Assembly: GCA_965261105.1 (NCBI GenBank)
Contig: CBDHCM010000006.1
Span: forward strand, 2,399,595-2,463,594
From: Candidatus Aldehydirespirator sp.
GTDB taxonomy: Bacteria; Actinomycetota; Acidimicrobiia; Acidimicrobiales; Aldehydirespiratoraceae
Direction of reading: 5' to 3'
Length of the DNA stretch: 64,000 nucleotides
Positions 7,598 to 17,278 of the stretch are shown here, in pieces (the stretch's first letter is position 1; each line of letters opens with the position of its first letter). A program made the position numbers and the translations under genes. The notes below the pieces were generated by a model. The model did no database searches, had not been told where the DNA came from, and worked only from the letters and a program-made list of their open reading frames with translations.

Positions 7598-9415
7598 ATG
7601 CCGTCGCCGAGCCTGCACCCGGATCGCAGCCTCGGATGGATCCGACGGATCCTGCCCGTCTTCGCCCAGCAACGACGGGTGTTCGCAGCCGCGGTCGCAG
7701 CCGGCCTGGCCGCGGTCGCGGGCACGGTGGCTGTGCCGATCGTGATCGGCCGCGGCGTGGACGCCGCGGCCGAGGGCGCGGGCCTGCGGCCGTGGGTGCT
7801 GACGCTCGCCGCGCTGGCCGCGATCCGCTTCGGCCTTGGCTTTGTCTACCGCTACGGGCTGTTCCGCTCCGCGCACCGCCTCGACGCCGACTTGCGCAAC
7901 CTGGTCTACGAGCGCCTCACCGAACTGTCGTTCTCGTACTGGGACCGGACCCAGACAGGGCAGGTGATCTCCCGGGCCAACAGCGACATCCGCTCCATCC
8001 AGCTGCTGTTCGCCTTCGCCCCCCTGGTGGCCACGCAAATGGTGATGCTGGTCATGGGAACCGCCGCGATGGTTGTGCTGTCGCTGCCTCTGACCCTGGT
8101 TGCCATGGCCCCCCTCCCCCTGGTGCTGTACGTGGGCATCCGCCTGAGGAACAGGGTGTTCCCCCTCAGCTGGGTGACCCAGGCCCGCATGGCGGACCTC
8201 GCGACGATCGTGGACGAGAACATCGGTGGCGCCCAGATCGTGAGGACGTTCGCCCAGGAGCGCAACCAGGTGAGGACGCTGGCCCGAGCCGCCCGGCGGC
8301 TGTGCTGGGCGGGCACGGCCACCGCCGACGCCCGGGCCCGCCACGCACCGATCATGGAGGCCCTTCCCCGCCTGGGGCTGGCGCTGGTGCTTCTCACCGG
8401 GGGGCTGCTGGCCATCGACGGTCGCGCCGCGGTGGGCGACATCGTGGCCTTCAACGCCTACGTGCTGATCATGGCCGCTCCGTTCCGGATGATCGGCTTC
8501 GTGATGATCCAGTGGCAGCGGGCCTCCGCCGCAGCCCAGCGCGTGTTCGAGATCCTCGACGAGACGCCGGAGATCACCGAGCGCCCCGGCGCCGCTCCCC
8601 TCGCGGAGCCGGCCGGCAGGGTGGAGCTGGACGATGTGACCTTCTCCTACGCCATCGGCGGCGCCACCTCGGTGATCGACGGCTTCAGCCTGGTGGTCGA
8701 GCCCGGCGAGACCGTGGCGGTGGTGGGCCGCACCGGCAGCGGCAAGAGCACCATCGCCCGGCTGCTGCCCCGCTTCTACGACGTGGACCGCGGCGCGGTG
8801 CGCATCGACGGTATCGACGTGCGGGACCTGCGCCTGTCGGATCTGCGCCGGGCCGTGACCGTGGTGACCGACGATCCCTTCCTGTTCGCCGCCAGCATCC
8901 GCGACAACGTGGCCTTCGCCCGCCCGGACGCCGACGAGGTGTCGGTGGCCGCGGCCCTCGTGGATGCAGCCGCCGGCGGCTTCGTGACCGCCATGCCCTC
9001 CGGGACCGACACCGAGCTCGGCGAGCGGGGCTCGACCATCTCCGGGGGCCAGCGCCAGCGGCTGGCTATCGCCCGGGCGCTGGTGGCCGACCCCGCGGTG
9101 CTCGTGCTCGACGACGCCACCAGTGCGATCGACAGCGAGGTGGAGGAGCGCATCCACTCGGCGCTGCGCGAGCGGCGCTCGCAACGCACCACCATCCTGA
9201 TCGCCCACCGCCTGTCGACGATCGCCCTGGCCGACAGAGTCGTGTTCCTCTCCGGCGGAAGGGTGGCGGTCACCGGCAGCCACCGGCAACTGCTCACCAC
9301 CGTGCCCGAATACGCCCTCGTGCTCACCGACATCGGCGCGACCGCCGAGGGTGTCGACGCCGGGGGTCTCGGCCACGCCGGCCCCGGCGCGGCCGCCCAG
9401 GCACCCGTTTCGTGA
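7598..9415 (+). CDS. ABC transporter, fused permease/ATP-binding protein (type I exporter half-transporter)
   Basis: Six-TM exporter domain then an NBD: GRTGSGKST (Walker A), ISGGQRQRLAIARAL (signature), LVLDDATSAID (Walker B). Confidence 0.9.
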   Translation: MPSPSLHPDRSLGWIRRILPVFAQQRRVFAAAVAAGLAAVAGTVAVPIVIGRGVDAAAEGAGLRPWVLTLAALAAIRFGLGFVYRYGLFRSAHRLDADLRNLVYERLTELSFSYWDRTQTGQVISRANSDIRSIQLLFAFAPLVATQMVMLVMGTAAMVVLSLPLTLVAMAPLPLVLYVGIRLRNRVFPLSWVTQARMADLATIVDENIGGAQIVRTFAQERNQVRTLARAARRLCWAGTATADARARHAPIMEALPRLGLALVLLTGGLLAIDGRAAVGDIVAFNAYVLIMAAPFRMIGFVMIQWQRASAAAQRVFEILDETPEITERPGAAPLAEPAGRVELDDVTFSYAIGGATSVIDGFSLVVEPGETVAVVGRTGSGKSTIARLLPRFYDVDRGAVRIDGIDVRDLRLSDLRRAVTVVTDDPFLFAASIRDNVAFARPDADEVSVAAALVDAAAGGFVTAMPSGTDTELGERGSTISGGQRQRLAIARALVADPAVLVLDDATSAIDSEVEERIHSALRERRSQRTTILIAHRLSTIALADRVVFLSGGRVAVTGSHRQLLTTVPEYALVLTDIGATAEGVDAGGLGHAGPGAAAQAPVS

Positions 9416-11364
9416 TGTTCAACTCGCCGGTACATATGCGCAGCGGGCCCAGCGCAGTGCAGTCCGCGGCCGAGGCCGGCCTGCCCCACGCCGAAGTGCC
9501 CGGCGATCTGCGGGCCAGGGTTGAGCGGGTCCTGATCGACGAACCCGACCATCCCGACCCGGACGTGGCCTGGTCGCGTGAGGCCGACGAGTCCGACCGG
9601 CAGTTCGGGCTCCGAAGGTTCCTGCGGCCGCACCGCTACCGGCTGGCGGTGGCCCTGGCCCTGGTGACCGTCGAGACGGTGGCGGCGCAGTTCGGGCCGG
9701 TCCTCACCCAGATCGGCGTGGACGACGGCATCCTGGCCGGCAACCGGGGCGTGCTGGTGGCCGCGGCCCTGGCCTATGCGGGGCTGCTGGTTGTCTCGAC
9801 CGCGGTTGGCTCGGTGCGCACCGCGTTCACCGGGCGCCTGGGCGAGCGGCTCATGGAACGGCTGCGCATCCGGACCTTCGCTCACATGCAGCGCCAGGGC
9901 ATGGACTTCTACACCAACGAGAAGGCGGGAGTGCTGCTGACCCGGATGACCTCCGACATCGAGGCTCTGTCGGTGCTGTTCCAGGAGGGCATCGTCAACT
10001 TCGCGGTACAGGGCCTGACGCTGGTTGTGATCACCGCCCTGCTCTTCAACTACGACCCGCTTCTGGCCGTGATCACCCTGGCGGCCGCGGTGCCGCCGAC
10101 CGTGGCGGCCTCGATGTGGTTCCGGCGCCGCTCCGCGGCCGACTACCGCAGCGTGCGCGACCGCATCGGCGAGTTGCTCGGCAACCTGCAGGAGTCTCTG
10201 GCGGGCATCCGGGTGATCGCGGCGCACGACCGCCGCGCTGCGAGCGTCGCCGAGCACCGGAAGGTGGTCAGCCGCCACCGCGACGCCAACCTCCGGGCCT
10301 CCCGGGCCAACTCGCTGTACGGGCCTGGCAGTGAGGCCATCGGCATCGCCACCCAGGCCGTGCTCCTCGCGGTGGGCGGCGCGATGACGGCCGGCGGGCG
10401 CATCACCGTGGGGGAGCTCGCCGCCTACCTGCTGTTCCTCACCGCCTTCTTTGCCCCGGTGCAGGCTCTGGTTCAGCTGTACAACGCCTACCAGCAGGGC
10501 GGCGCAGCCATCGCCAAGCTCCGCGAGTTGTTCGCCACCGAGGCGACCGTTGCCCAGCGGCCCGGCGCGGCCGATCTCGCCCCGGTCCGGGGCGAGATCG
10601 TCTTCGACCGGGTGTCGTTCGCCTACAGCGGCAACCGCGAGGTCCTCCATGATGTGAGCCTGCGAATCGCCCCCGGCGAGACGCTGGCGGTTGTGGGCGA
10701 GACCGGGGCGGGCAAGACGACGCTGGCCCGGCTGATCGCCCGCCTCTACGACCCCACCGGCGGCGCGGTCCGCATCGACGGCCACGACCTGCGGGACGTG
10801 ACCATCACCAGCCTGCGCTCCCAGATCGGGGTGGTGCCCCAGGAGCCCTTCCTGTTCGCGGGCACGGTCCGCGACAACGTGGGATTCGCTCGGTCCGACG
10901 CGAGCGACGCCCAGCTGCGCGAGGCGCTGCAGGCCGTGGGCGTCGACGAAGTGGTGGACCGCCTCGGCGGCCTCGACGGCATCATCCACGAACGGGGCGC
11001 GACCGTCTCCGCGGGCGAGCGCCAGCTGCTCGCCCTGGCCCGCACGTTCGTCTCGCAGCCGCGCGTGCTGGTCCTCGACGAGGCCACGAGCAACCTGGAC
11101 CTGCGTTCGGAATCCCAGATCGAGCAGGCCCTCGACGTGCTGTTGAGTGGGCGGACCGCGGTGGTCATCGCGCACCGGCTGGCAACGGCCCGCCGGGCGG
11201 ACCGCATCGCGGTGGTGGATGACGGAAGGATCGTCGAGCTGGGCAGCCACCGCGAGCTGGTAGCCGCCGGGGGACGCTATGCGACCATGTTCGCCGTGTG
11301 GGAGAGCCACGCCGAACCAGCCCGCCCCGGTGCCGGCGCGGACCGGGACCGCGACGGCTCGTGA
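9415..11364 (+). CDS. ABC transporter, fused permease/ATP-binding protein (partner half-transporter)
   Basis: ATG overlaps the upstream TGA (TGATG). GETGAGKTT, VSAGERQLLALART, LVLDEATSNLD. The 1242-aa track ORF is this gene plus an out-of-gene in-frame extension. Confidence 0.9.
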   Translation: MFNSPVHMRSGPSAVQSAAEAGLPHAEVPGDLRARVERVLIDEPDHPDPDVAWSREADESDRQFGLRRFLRPHRYRLAVALALVTVETVAAQFGPVLTQIGVDDGILAGNRGVLVAAALAYAGLLVVSTAVGSVRTAFTGRLGERLMERLRIRTFAHMQRQGMDFYTNEKAGVLLTRMTSDIEALSVLFQEGIVNFAVQGLTLVVITALLFNYDPLLAVITLAAAVPPTVAASMWFRRRSAADYRSVRDRIGELLGNLQESLAGIRVIAAHDRRAASVAEHRKVVSRHRDANLRASRANSLYGPGSEAIGIATQAVLLAVGGAMTAGGRITVGELAAYLLFLTAFFAPVQALVQLYNAYQQGGAAIAKLRELFATEATVAQRPGAADLAPVRGEIVFDRVSFAYSGNREVLHDVSLRIAPGETLAVVGETGAGKTTLARLIARLYDPTGGAVRIDGHDLRDVTITSLRSQIGVVPQEPFLFAGTVRDNVGFARSDASDAQLREALQAVGVDEVVDRLGGLDGIIHERGATVSAGERQLLALARTFVSQPRVLVLDEATSNLDLRSESQIEQALDVLLSGRTAVVIAHRLATARRADRIAVVDDGRIVELGSHRELVAAGGRYATMFAVWESHAEPARPGAGADRDRDGS

Positions 11365-12182
11365 GGACCGGGTCCGACGCGGGCGCAACGAGCGGCGCGG
11401 TCCTGGCGCTTCGAGGAGTGAGCCGCACCATCGACGGCACCGAGGTGCTACGCGGCGTCGACTGGGATGTGCATCCGGGCCAGCGGTGGGTGGTGCTCGG
11501 CCGGAACGGCTCGGGCAAGACCACCCTCGTGCGCATCGCGACGATGTGGGAGCACCCGTCGGCCGGCACCGTCGAGCTGCTCGGCCAGCGGCTGGGGCGC
11601 ACCGACGTGCGCCGGTTGCGGACCCGCGTCGGCTTCACCAGCGCGGCGATGGCCGACATGCTGCGGCCGTCGCTGACCGCGGCGGAGGTGGTGATGACGG
11701 CCAAGCACGCCGCGTTGGAGCCCTGGTGGCACACCTACAACGACGAGGACTCCGGCCGGGCCCGGGCCGCCCTGCAACGCGTCGGCTGCGGGCACCGCGC
11801 CGATCACCGCTTCGGCACTCTGTCCTCGGGTGAGCGGCAACGGGTGCTGCTGGCCCGGGCGATGGCGCTGGAGCCGGAGGTGATCGTGCTGGACGAGCCC
11901 AACGCCGGGCTCGACCTCGCCGGCCGGGAGGAACTGGTCCTCACGCTGCAGGACCTGGCCGCCGATCCGGGCACTCCCCCTCTGGTGCTGGTGACCCACC
12001 ACGCCGATGAGATCCCCGACGGATTCACCCATGTGCTGCTGCTTCTGGCCGGGGCCGTGCTGGCCGCCGGGCCCATCTCCGAGACGCTGACGGGCGCGGC
12101 CCTCTCGGAGTGCTTCGGACTCGAACTCGCACTGGAGCGCCGCCACGGCCGCTGGACGGCCCGGGCCGTAGGCGCCCGCTAG
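11361..12182 (+). CDS. ABC transporter ATP-binding protein (stand-alone NBD)
   Basis: GTG overlaps the upstream stop (GTGA). GRNGSGKTT, LSSGERQRVLLARAM, VIVLDEPNAGLD. Confidence 0.85.
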   Translation: MRTGSDAGATSGAVLALRGVSRTIDGTEVLRGVDWDVHPGQRWVVLGRNGSGKTTLVRIATMWEHPSAGTVELLGQRLGRTDVRRLRTRVGFTSAAMADMLRPSLTAAEVVMTAKHAALEPWWHTYNDEDSGRARAALQRVGCGHRADHRFGTLSSGERQRVLLARAMALEPEVIVLDEPNAGLDLAGREELVLTLQDLAADPGTPPLVLVTHHADEIPDGFTHVLLLLAGAVLAAGPISETLTGAALSECFGLELALERRHGRWTARAVGAR

Positions 12183-12745
12183 TTGTGACAACCCGAGACG
12201 TCGTCCCTGCTGGCCAGACTCTGGTGGACGCGGTCGGCTAGCTCGGTCACGTCGGTGTAGGCCACCGGATCCGGCGTGCGACCGCCGTAGTGGGGCGTGT
12301 TCAGCACAGGGTCGCCCCCGCCCACGAGATACACGTCGCCTCGCAGCGTCCCGTCGGAGGCCGCGGCCAGGGCGTCGGACCGGACGAACACCTCGGTCGT
12401 GTAGACCCCGTCCGGGCCCATGATCTCGAAGGCGGCGGCCGCGGTGGCGATCTTCATGAGCGACGCCGGGACCAGGGCGGCGTCGCTTTGAGCCTCGAAG
12501 ATCAGCTCGTCGTCGAGCAGAACAGTAAGGCAGGTGGACCTCGGCGCGATCCGCAGCGACAGCACAGCCGAGAACTCCCGCGCCAGCCGGTCGCTCGACG
12601 CTCTGCTAGTCACGGCCGACGTCGCCGGTGACGCGATGCTTGCGGTGGCAGCCGACTGAGCCGCAAGACCGGCAACGACCGCCGGCACGACAACGATGGC
12701 GCTCCGGCGGAGCCTCCGCCGCCGTGTGCCCGAATCCCCCCGCAT
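12179..12745 (-). pseudogene. N-terminal ~40% of a D-alanyl-D-alanine carboxypeptidase/endopeptidase (PBP4, S13 family); truncated
   Basis: Signal-like N-terminus, active-site PASLMKIATAAAA (SxxK) and GDVYLVGGGDPVL. Ends after 188 aa (family members are about 450 aa from memory) and overlaps the convergent ABC gene end by 4 nt. Confidence 0.55.
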
Positions 12746-12760
12746 GTCTCGGTCGGAGCC

Positions 12761-13942
12761 TCAGCCGAGACGGGCGTGCACGACGCCGGCCAGGGCGGCG
12801 ATGCCCTCGGCGATGGCGTCTTCGGGTAGGTGGCCGAAGCACAGGCGCATCCGGCGGGCCCCGTACGCCGGATCGACGCACCAGCCCGCGCCCGGGTTGA
12901 ACTCCACTCCCGCTGCGGCCGCGGGCGCCACCAGCTCCGCGGTGTCGACTCCCTGCGGCAGCGCCGCCCACAGGAAGATCCCGCCCCTGGGCGGCACGAA
13001 TTCGGCAACGCCGGGGAGGTGCTCTCGCAGCGCCGCGGCCATGGTCTGGCACTTCGCGTCCAACACAGCGCTAAGCCGGGCGACGTGGGCATCGAAGTGC
13101 GAGGCTGCGTATTCCGCGACGACGATCTGCTCCAGCGCCCCCGAGCCGGCGTCGGTCTTGAGCGCAAGCAGCCGGCCCATGAAGGGCCAGTCGGCCACGA
13201 TGTAGCCCACCCGCAGCGCAGGGGCCAGAGTCTTGGAGAACGAGCCGCAGTACACGACCTGCCCGCCGCCCGCGTCCAGGGAGCGGATAGTGGGAGGGCG
13301 CCGCCCGTCGAAGGCCAGATCGGCATAGCAGTCGTCCTCGAAGATGGCCGCGCCGTGGCGGCGGGCAACCTCCAGCAGCTCGTGACGCCGCTCGACGGGC
13401 ATGACCGTGCCCGTCGGGTTCTGCACCGTGGGGATGGTGTAGACGAACTTCGGCCGGCGCCCCCGGGCGGCTAGGGCCCCGAGGACGTGGTCCAAGTGGT
13501 CGACGCGGATCCCGTCGCCGTCCAGGCCCACGCCGTGCACTTCGGCGCCCCGCTCAGCCAGCCGGCTCAGTGTTCCCGCGTAGGTGGCCTCCTCGACCAC
13601 CACGGCGTCGCCGGGCGCCAGCAGCGCGGCGTTCACCAGGTCGAGGGCCTGCAGGGAGCCCGACGTGACCAGAATCTCTGACGGGTCCGTCGGCATCAGC
13701 GCCCTGCGGTCGAGCGCTGCCGCGATGAACTCCCGCAACGGCAGATGCCCCTGCGGGCTGCCTCCGAGGTTGTAGCGGGCTAGCGCCGGTCCGTGGCGGG
13801 CCAGCGCGATCGCGGCGGACTCAGCAAACCCGCCGGACGGCACGCTGGCGGAGTCGTTGTGCCCGCCGACGAAGTTGAAGGGTAGATCGCCGGTCCATCG
13901 GGCCTCGCCGTCGGGGAGATCCGGCCGCAAGAGGGCCGCCAT
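12761..13942 (-). CDS. PLP-dependent aminotransferase, class I/II (2-aminoadipate/MocR-catalytic-domain-like)
   Basis: TSGSLQALD, PTVQNPTG, CGSFSKTLAPALRVGY (PLP lysine). Start ambiguous: ATG 13942, or GTG 14026 if the 18-bp repeat is translated. Confidence 0.8.
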   Translation of the reverse strand: MAALLRPDLPDGEARWTGDLPFNFVGGHNDSASVPSGGFAESAAIALARHGPALARYNLGGSPQGHLPLREFIAAALDRRALMPTDPSEILVTSGSLQALDLVNAALLAPGDAVVVEEATYAGTLSRLAERGAEVHGVGLDGDGIRVDHLDHVLGALAARGRRPKFVYTIPTVQNPTGTVMPVERRHELLEVARRHGAAIFEDDCYADLAFDGRRPPTIRSLDAGGGQVVYCGSFSKTLAPALRVGYIVADWPFMGRLLALKTDAGSGALEQIVVAEYAASHFDAHVARLSAVLDAKCQTMAAALREHLPGVAEFVPPRGGIFLWAALPQGVDTAELVAPAAAAGVEFNPGAGWCVDPAYGARRMRLCFGHLPEDAIAEGIAALAGVVHARLG

Positions 13943-14022
13943 GTCGAATCCGGCCGTCGTGTCGAACCCGGCCGTCGTGTCGAATCCGGCCGCCGTGTCG
14001 CGCCCGGCCGCCGTGTCGCACC
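13943..14022. repeat. 18-bp tandem repeat x~4.5 abutting the aminotransferase ATG
   Basis: GTCGAAYCCGGCCGYCGT units read directly. On the minus strand they encode (DT[AT]AGF)n, and each unit resembles the first 9 nt of the gene. Confidence 0.9.
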
Positions 14023-14142
14023 CCACCGCTGGAACCTACATGTGCGTCGCTTCCTGCTCCCCATCGAGCGACCCGGGCCCGAGGGGCAGGCACGCGGCGC
14101 CCCGCCGGCCCTCGGATGGGCCGGCGCGAGCGCCCGGGATCC

Positions 14143-14781
14143 TCAGTCTCCGACGGCTCGGGGCCGGATGACGAGCAGGACGCCCTCGGCCACATCGATT
14201 GTCACCGGGTCGCTGACGATCGAATTGGACACCCCCCGGGCCTCGGTGGGGCTCAGCCACTCGTCGGCCAGCGGATACTCGAGGCCGGACGTGGAGGCCA
14301 CCCGAGCGGGACCGCCGACCGCCAGCAGCGAGATCTGGTCGCCCACCGCGCCCGCAAGCCGGCGATGGCCGCGCACCACGTCCACATGGGCCTCGTCGAC
14401 CGTCGCGGAGAGCGTCACATCGGCCCAGCGGGGCGAGGCCAGCACCAGCAGGTTGGCCGCCGCGTGATCGAGGCGCCCGCCCGCCGACGCCAGCACATGA
14501 ACCTCCGCAGCCCGGCCGCAGGCGAACTCCAGGGCCAGCTCCAGGTCGGTTTCGTCCTTGCGGGCCGGGTGGGCCTCGATCTCTGCGCCGGCGCGTCGGG
14601 CCCAGTCCAGCGAGTCCGCGCCGGCGCTGTCCATGTCGCCCACAACGGCGTGCACGGGCAGGCCCGCGGCCCGGGCCGCTTCCAGCCCGCCGTCGGCAGC
14701 AACCACCAGATCGTCTCGCGCCAACTCGACCAGAGCCGCGGGCGCGTGGGCGGCGATCACCAGGGCCCGTGGCCCCTTCAC
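14143..14781 (-). CDS. thiamine diphosphokinase
   Basis: VVAADGG...VVGDMDS...KDETDLELAL...AGGRLDH motif series typical of TPK. Confidence 0.75.
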   Translation of the reverse strand: MKGPRALVIAAHAPAALVELARDDLVVAADGGLEAARAAGLPVHAVVGDMDSAGADSLDWARRAGAEIEAHPARKDETDLELALEFACGRAAEVHVLASAGGRLDHAAANLLVLASPRWADVTLSATVDEAHVDVVRGHRRLAGAVGDQISLLAVGGPARVASTSGLEYPLADEWLSPTEARGVSNSIVSDPVTIDVAEGVLLVIRPRAVGD

Positions 14782-15998
14782 GGGAGATACGTGGTCGGGT
14801 CTCTTGCTATGCCGTCCACCCGCAACTCGAAGTGCAGGTGCGGGCCTGTCGACCAGCCGGTGGAGCCGATGGCTCCGATGCGATCGCCGCTGGCCACGTG
14901 TTGGCCGACCGACACTTCGATGGAGCTCAGGTGGGCGTACAGCGTGCTGTAGCCGAGGCTGTGGTAGATGACGATGGTGTTGCCGAAGCCCGAGCGATCT
15001 CCGGCCAGGATCACCTCACCGGAGCGGGCGGCCCGGACCCGGTCACCGGTGTTGCCGTCGAGGTCGATGCCGTTGTGCTGGCGCACCGTCCCGAAGATCG
15101 GGTGGACCCGCGGCCCGAAACCCGAGGTCTTCTGCCCGTCGGCGGGCCAGGCCACCAGCTCGAACGGGCCGTGCTCGGCCTCGTGGGCGCGCCGCTGGGC
15201 CTCGATCGCCTGCCGGCGCTCCTCCTCCTCCTGGCGGCGGCGCTCCTCCTCCTTGCGGCGGATCTCCTCCTCGATCCGGAAGATCTCCCGCTCCATCTCC
15301 TCGTCGGCCTGCTCGATCTCGCCCGACACGAGCTCCCACTCGTCGATGCGGGACTGGATCTCGGCCCGCAGCTCCACTGCCGCGGCTCTAGCTTCGGTGA
15401 GGTCGGCGAGCCGCTCCTGCTGGGCCTGCCGCTCTCGGTCGGCTTCCTCGGCCCGGGCCAGAGCACGCCTGCGCACCACCTCGAGCTGCGCCTCCGCGGT
15501 TCTCAGCTCGTCGGCGATCTCCAACTCGTTGCCTATGGCCAGATCCAGGAGGAACATGCGCACGACGCCGTCATTGAGGGTGTCGCTGGACAGCTGATCG
15601 AAGCCGTCGACCGACGGCTGCACGTAGGCGGCGATGGCCCGCTGGCGCAGCCGTTCGCGTATGGCCTCGAGGTCGCCGACGAGCCAGTCAGCCTCGGCCC
15701 GGGCCGCCCCGGCCTCGGCCTCGGCTGCCGCTATGGCCGCCTCCGCGGCACCGATGCGGGTCTGCTGCAGCCCGATGTAGCCGTCAAGATCCTCGAGGGC
15801 GGCGATGAGGGCATCGTCATCGGCTATGAGCGCATCTACCCGGCTCGCGACGTCTGCGGCGTCGCGGGCCAGCTGTTCTCGCTGCCTGCGAATGTCAGTG
15901 ATCCGATCATCGCTCTGGGCCAGCACAGCCGTGGCCATCATCGCCGCCACCGACAAGATCAGCAGCAGCGCGCCGGAGAGGCGCCCAAGCCTAGGCAT
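14778..15998 (-). CDS. M23-family metallopeptidase with long N-terminal coiled coil
   Basis: C-terminal HNGIDLDG...GNTIVIYH...YAHL...GSTGWSTGPHLHFE (M23 HxxxD / HxH). Glu/Arg-rich coiled coil upstream. Start taken at MPRLGRLSG (signal-like). Confidence 0.85.
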   Translation of the reverse strand: MPRLGRLSGALLLILSVAAMMATAVLAQSDDRITDIRRQREQLARDAADVASRVDALIADDDALIAALEDLDGYIGLQQTRIGAAEAAIAAAEAEAGAARAEADWLVGDLEAIRERLRQRAIAAYVQPSVDGFDQLSSDTLNDGVVRMFLLDLAIGNELEIADELRTAEAQLEVVRRRALARAEEADRERQAQQERLADLTEARAAAVELRAEIQSRIDEWELVSGEIEQADEEMEREIFRIEEEIRRKEEERRRQEEEERRQAIEAQRRAHEAEHGPFELVAWPADGQKTSGFGPRVHPIFGTVRQHNGIDLDGNTGDRVRAARSGEVILAGDRSGFGNTIVIYHSLGYSTLYAHLSSIEVSVGQHVASGDRIGAIGSTGWSTGPHLHFELRVDGIARDPTTYLP

Positions 15999-16036
15999 AG
16001 GGCAGAAGAGTAACATAATGGCAATATTTTCGCAAC

Positions 16037-16050
16037 ATTGTTGCAACAAT
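16037..16050. promoter_or_regulatory. perfect 14-bp AT-rich palindrome ATTGTTGCAACAAT upstream of M23 peptidase gene
   Basis: Self-complementary 14-mer inside a ~50-bp AT-rich patch (16005-16055), about 40-50 bp upstream of the ATG at 15998. Confidence 0.5.
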
Positions 16051-16112
16051 TCTTGAGGGGCGGCACAACTGTCGGAATGCGGCGGTATGCAGATCTGCCA
16101 ATCTCATGGGAT

Positions 16113-17276
16113 CTACGGCTTACCAGCGCCGACGACCCACATGGCGAAGTACTGGGCGCCCCCGCCGTAGGCATGGCCCATAGCCCTGCGGGCGCCGTCC
16201 ACTTGGCGTTCGCCCGCGGCCCCCATGACCTGCAGGGCCGCCTCGGCGAACCGGATCATCCCCGACGCGCCGATCGGGTTGCTGGACAGCACCCCGCCGG
16301 AGCAGTTGACGGGCAGGTCGCCGCCGTCGAGTGCGGTGGCGCCGGACTCCACCATGCGCCAGCCCTCACCGACGGAGGCGAAGCCGAGGCTCTCCAACCA
16401 CATCGGCTCGTACCACGAGAACGGCACGTACATCTCGACCGCGTCTATCTCGGCTCGCCGGTCGACGATCCCGGCCTGGGCGAACACGTCGTCGGCGCAC
16501 TGCTCCGACGCAGCCGGCGACACGATGTTGCGGCCCCCGTAGCTGTTGCTCTCGCTGCGCATCGCCGTGCCGTGGACCCAGGCCACCGGGCCGTCGTGGG
16601 CGTCGCCGGTGGCCTCGTCGACGAGGACCATGGCGCAGGCGCCGTCGGAGGACGGGCACGTCTCGGAGTAGCGGATCGGATCCCACAGCATCGGCGAGTC
16701 CACCACCTGCTCGAAGGTGAGCTCGCGCTGGTGGAGGTGGGCGTAGGGGTTGAGCAGCGCCTGGCGCCGGTCCTTGTGGGCCACCATGCAGCCGATCAGC
16801 TCGGGCGCCCCGGTCATCATCATGTAGCGGCGGATGATCGGCGAGAAGTAGCCGCCCGCCCCGGCGTTGACCGAGGTTGCGAAGGGCTGGGGCAGAGAGA
16901 GGGCCCACATGGCGTTGGACTCGGACTGCTTCTCCCAGCCGATGGTGAGCACGCAGCGATGGACCCGGCTCTGCACCATCGATGCGGCCACGCACGCGGT
17001 CGAGCCGCCGACCGAGCCGGCGGTGTGGACCCGCATGATCGGCTTGCCGACCGCTCCGAGCGCCTCCGCCAGATAGACCTCGGGCATCATCACGCCCTCG
17101 AAGAAGTCGGGCGCCTTGCCGATGACGACCGCGTCGATATCGCTCCAGGTCCGCTGGGCCACCTCCAGGGCCCGGTAGGCGGCCTCGCGCAGCAGCCCGG
17201 CGATGGAGGTGTCGCGGCGGGCCGCGGCGTACTTCGTCTGGCCCACGCCGATCACCGCGGTAAGCTCTGCGCCCAC
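16113..17276 (-). CDS. thiolase-superfamily protein (SCP-x / lipid-transfer-protein type)
   Basis: GVGQTKY, TAGSVGGSTA, CPSSDGACAMVL, NCSGGVLSSNPIGASG. GTG start 2 nt after the upstream stop. The track's 644-aa form is an artefactual extension. Confidence 0.8.
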   Translation of the reverse strand: MGAELTAVIGVGQTKYAAARRDTSIAGLLREAAYRALEVAQRTWSDIDAVVIGKAPDFFEGVMMPEVYLAEALGAVGKPIMRVHTAGSVGGSTACVAASMVQSRVHRCVLTIGWEKQSESNAMWALSLPQPFATSVNAGAGGYFSPIIRRYMMMTGAPELIGCMVAHKDRRQALLNPYAHLHQRELTFEQVVDSPMLWDPIRYSETCPSSDGACAMVLVDEATGDAHDGPVAWVHGTAMRSESNSYGGRNIVSPAASEQCADDVFAQAGIVDRRAEIDAVEMYVPFSWYEPMWLESLGFASVGEGWRMVESGATALDGGDLPVNCSGGVLSSNPIGASGMIRFAEAALQVMGAAGERQVDGARRAMGHAYGGGAQYFAMWVVGAGKP

Positions 17277-17278
17277 GG

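Noticed and set aside
7636-11364. 1242-aa + ORF suggesting one giant protein
   Set aside because: Only the part from ATG 9415 is a real ABC gene. The upstream 590 codons are an alternative frame of the first ABC gene (Arg/Pro/Gly-rich) that happens to lack stops.
7445-11388. 643-aa and 870-aa minus-strand ORFs over the ABC transporter genes
   Set aside because: Antisense to two genes with unambiguous Walker A, signature and Walker B motifs. Compositionally typical high-GC shadow ORFs.
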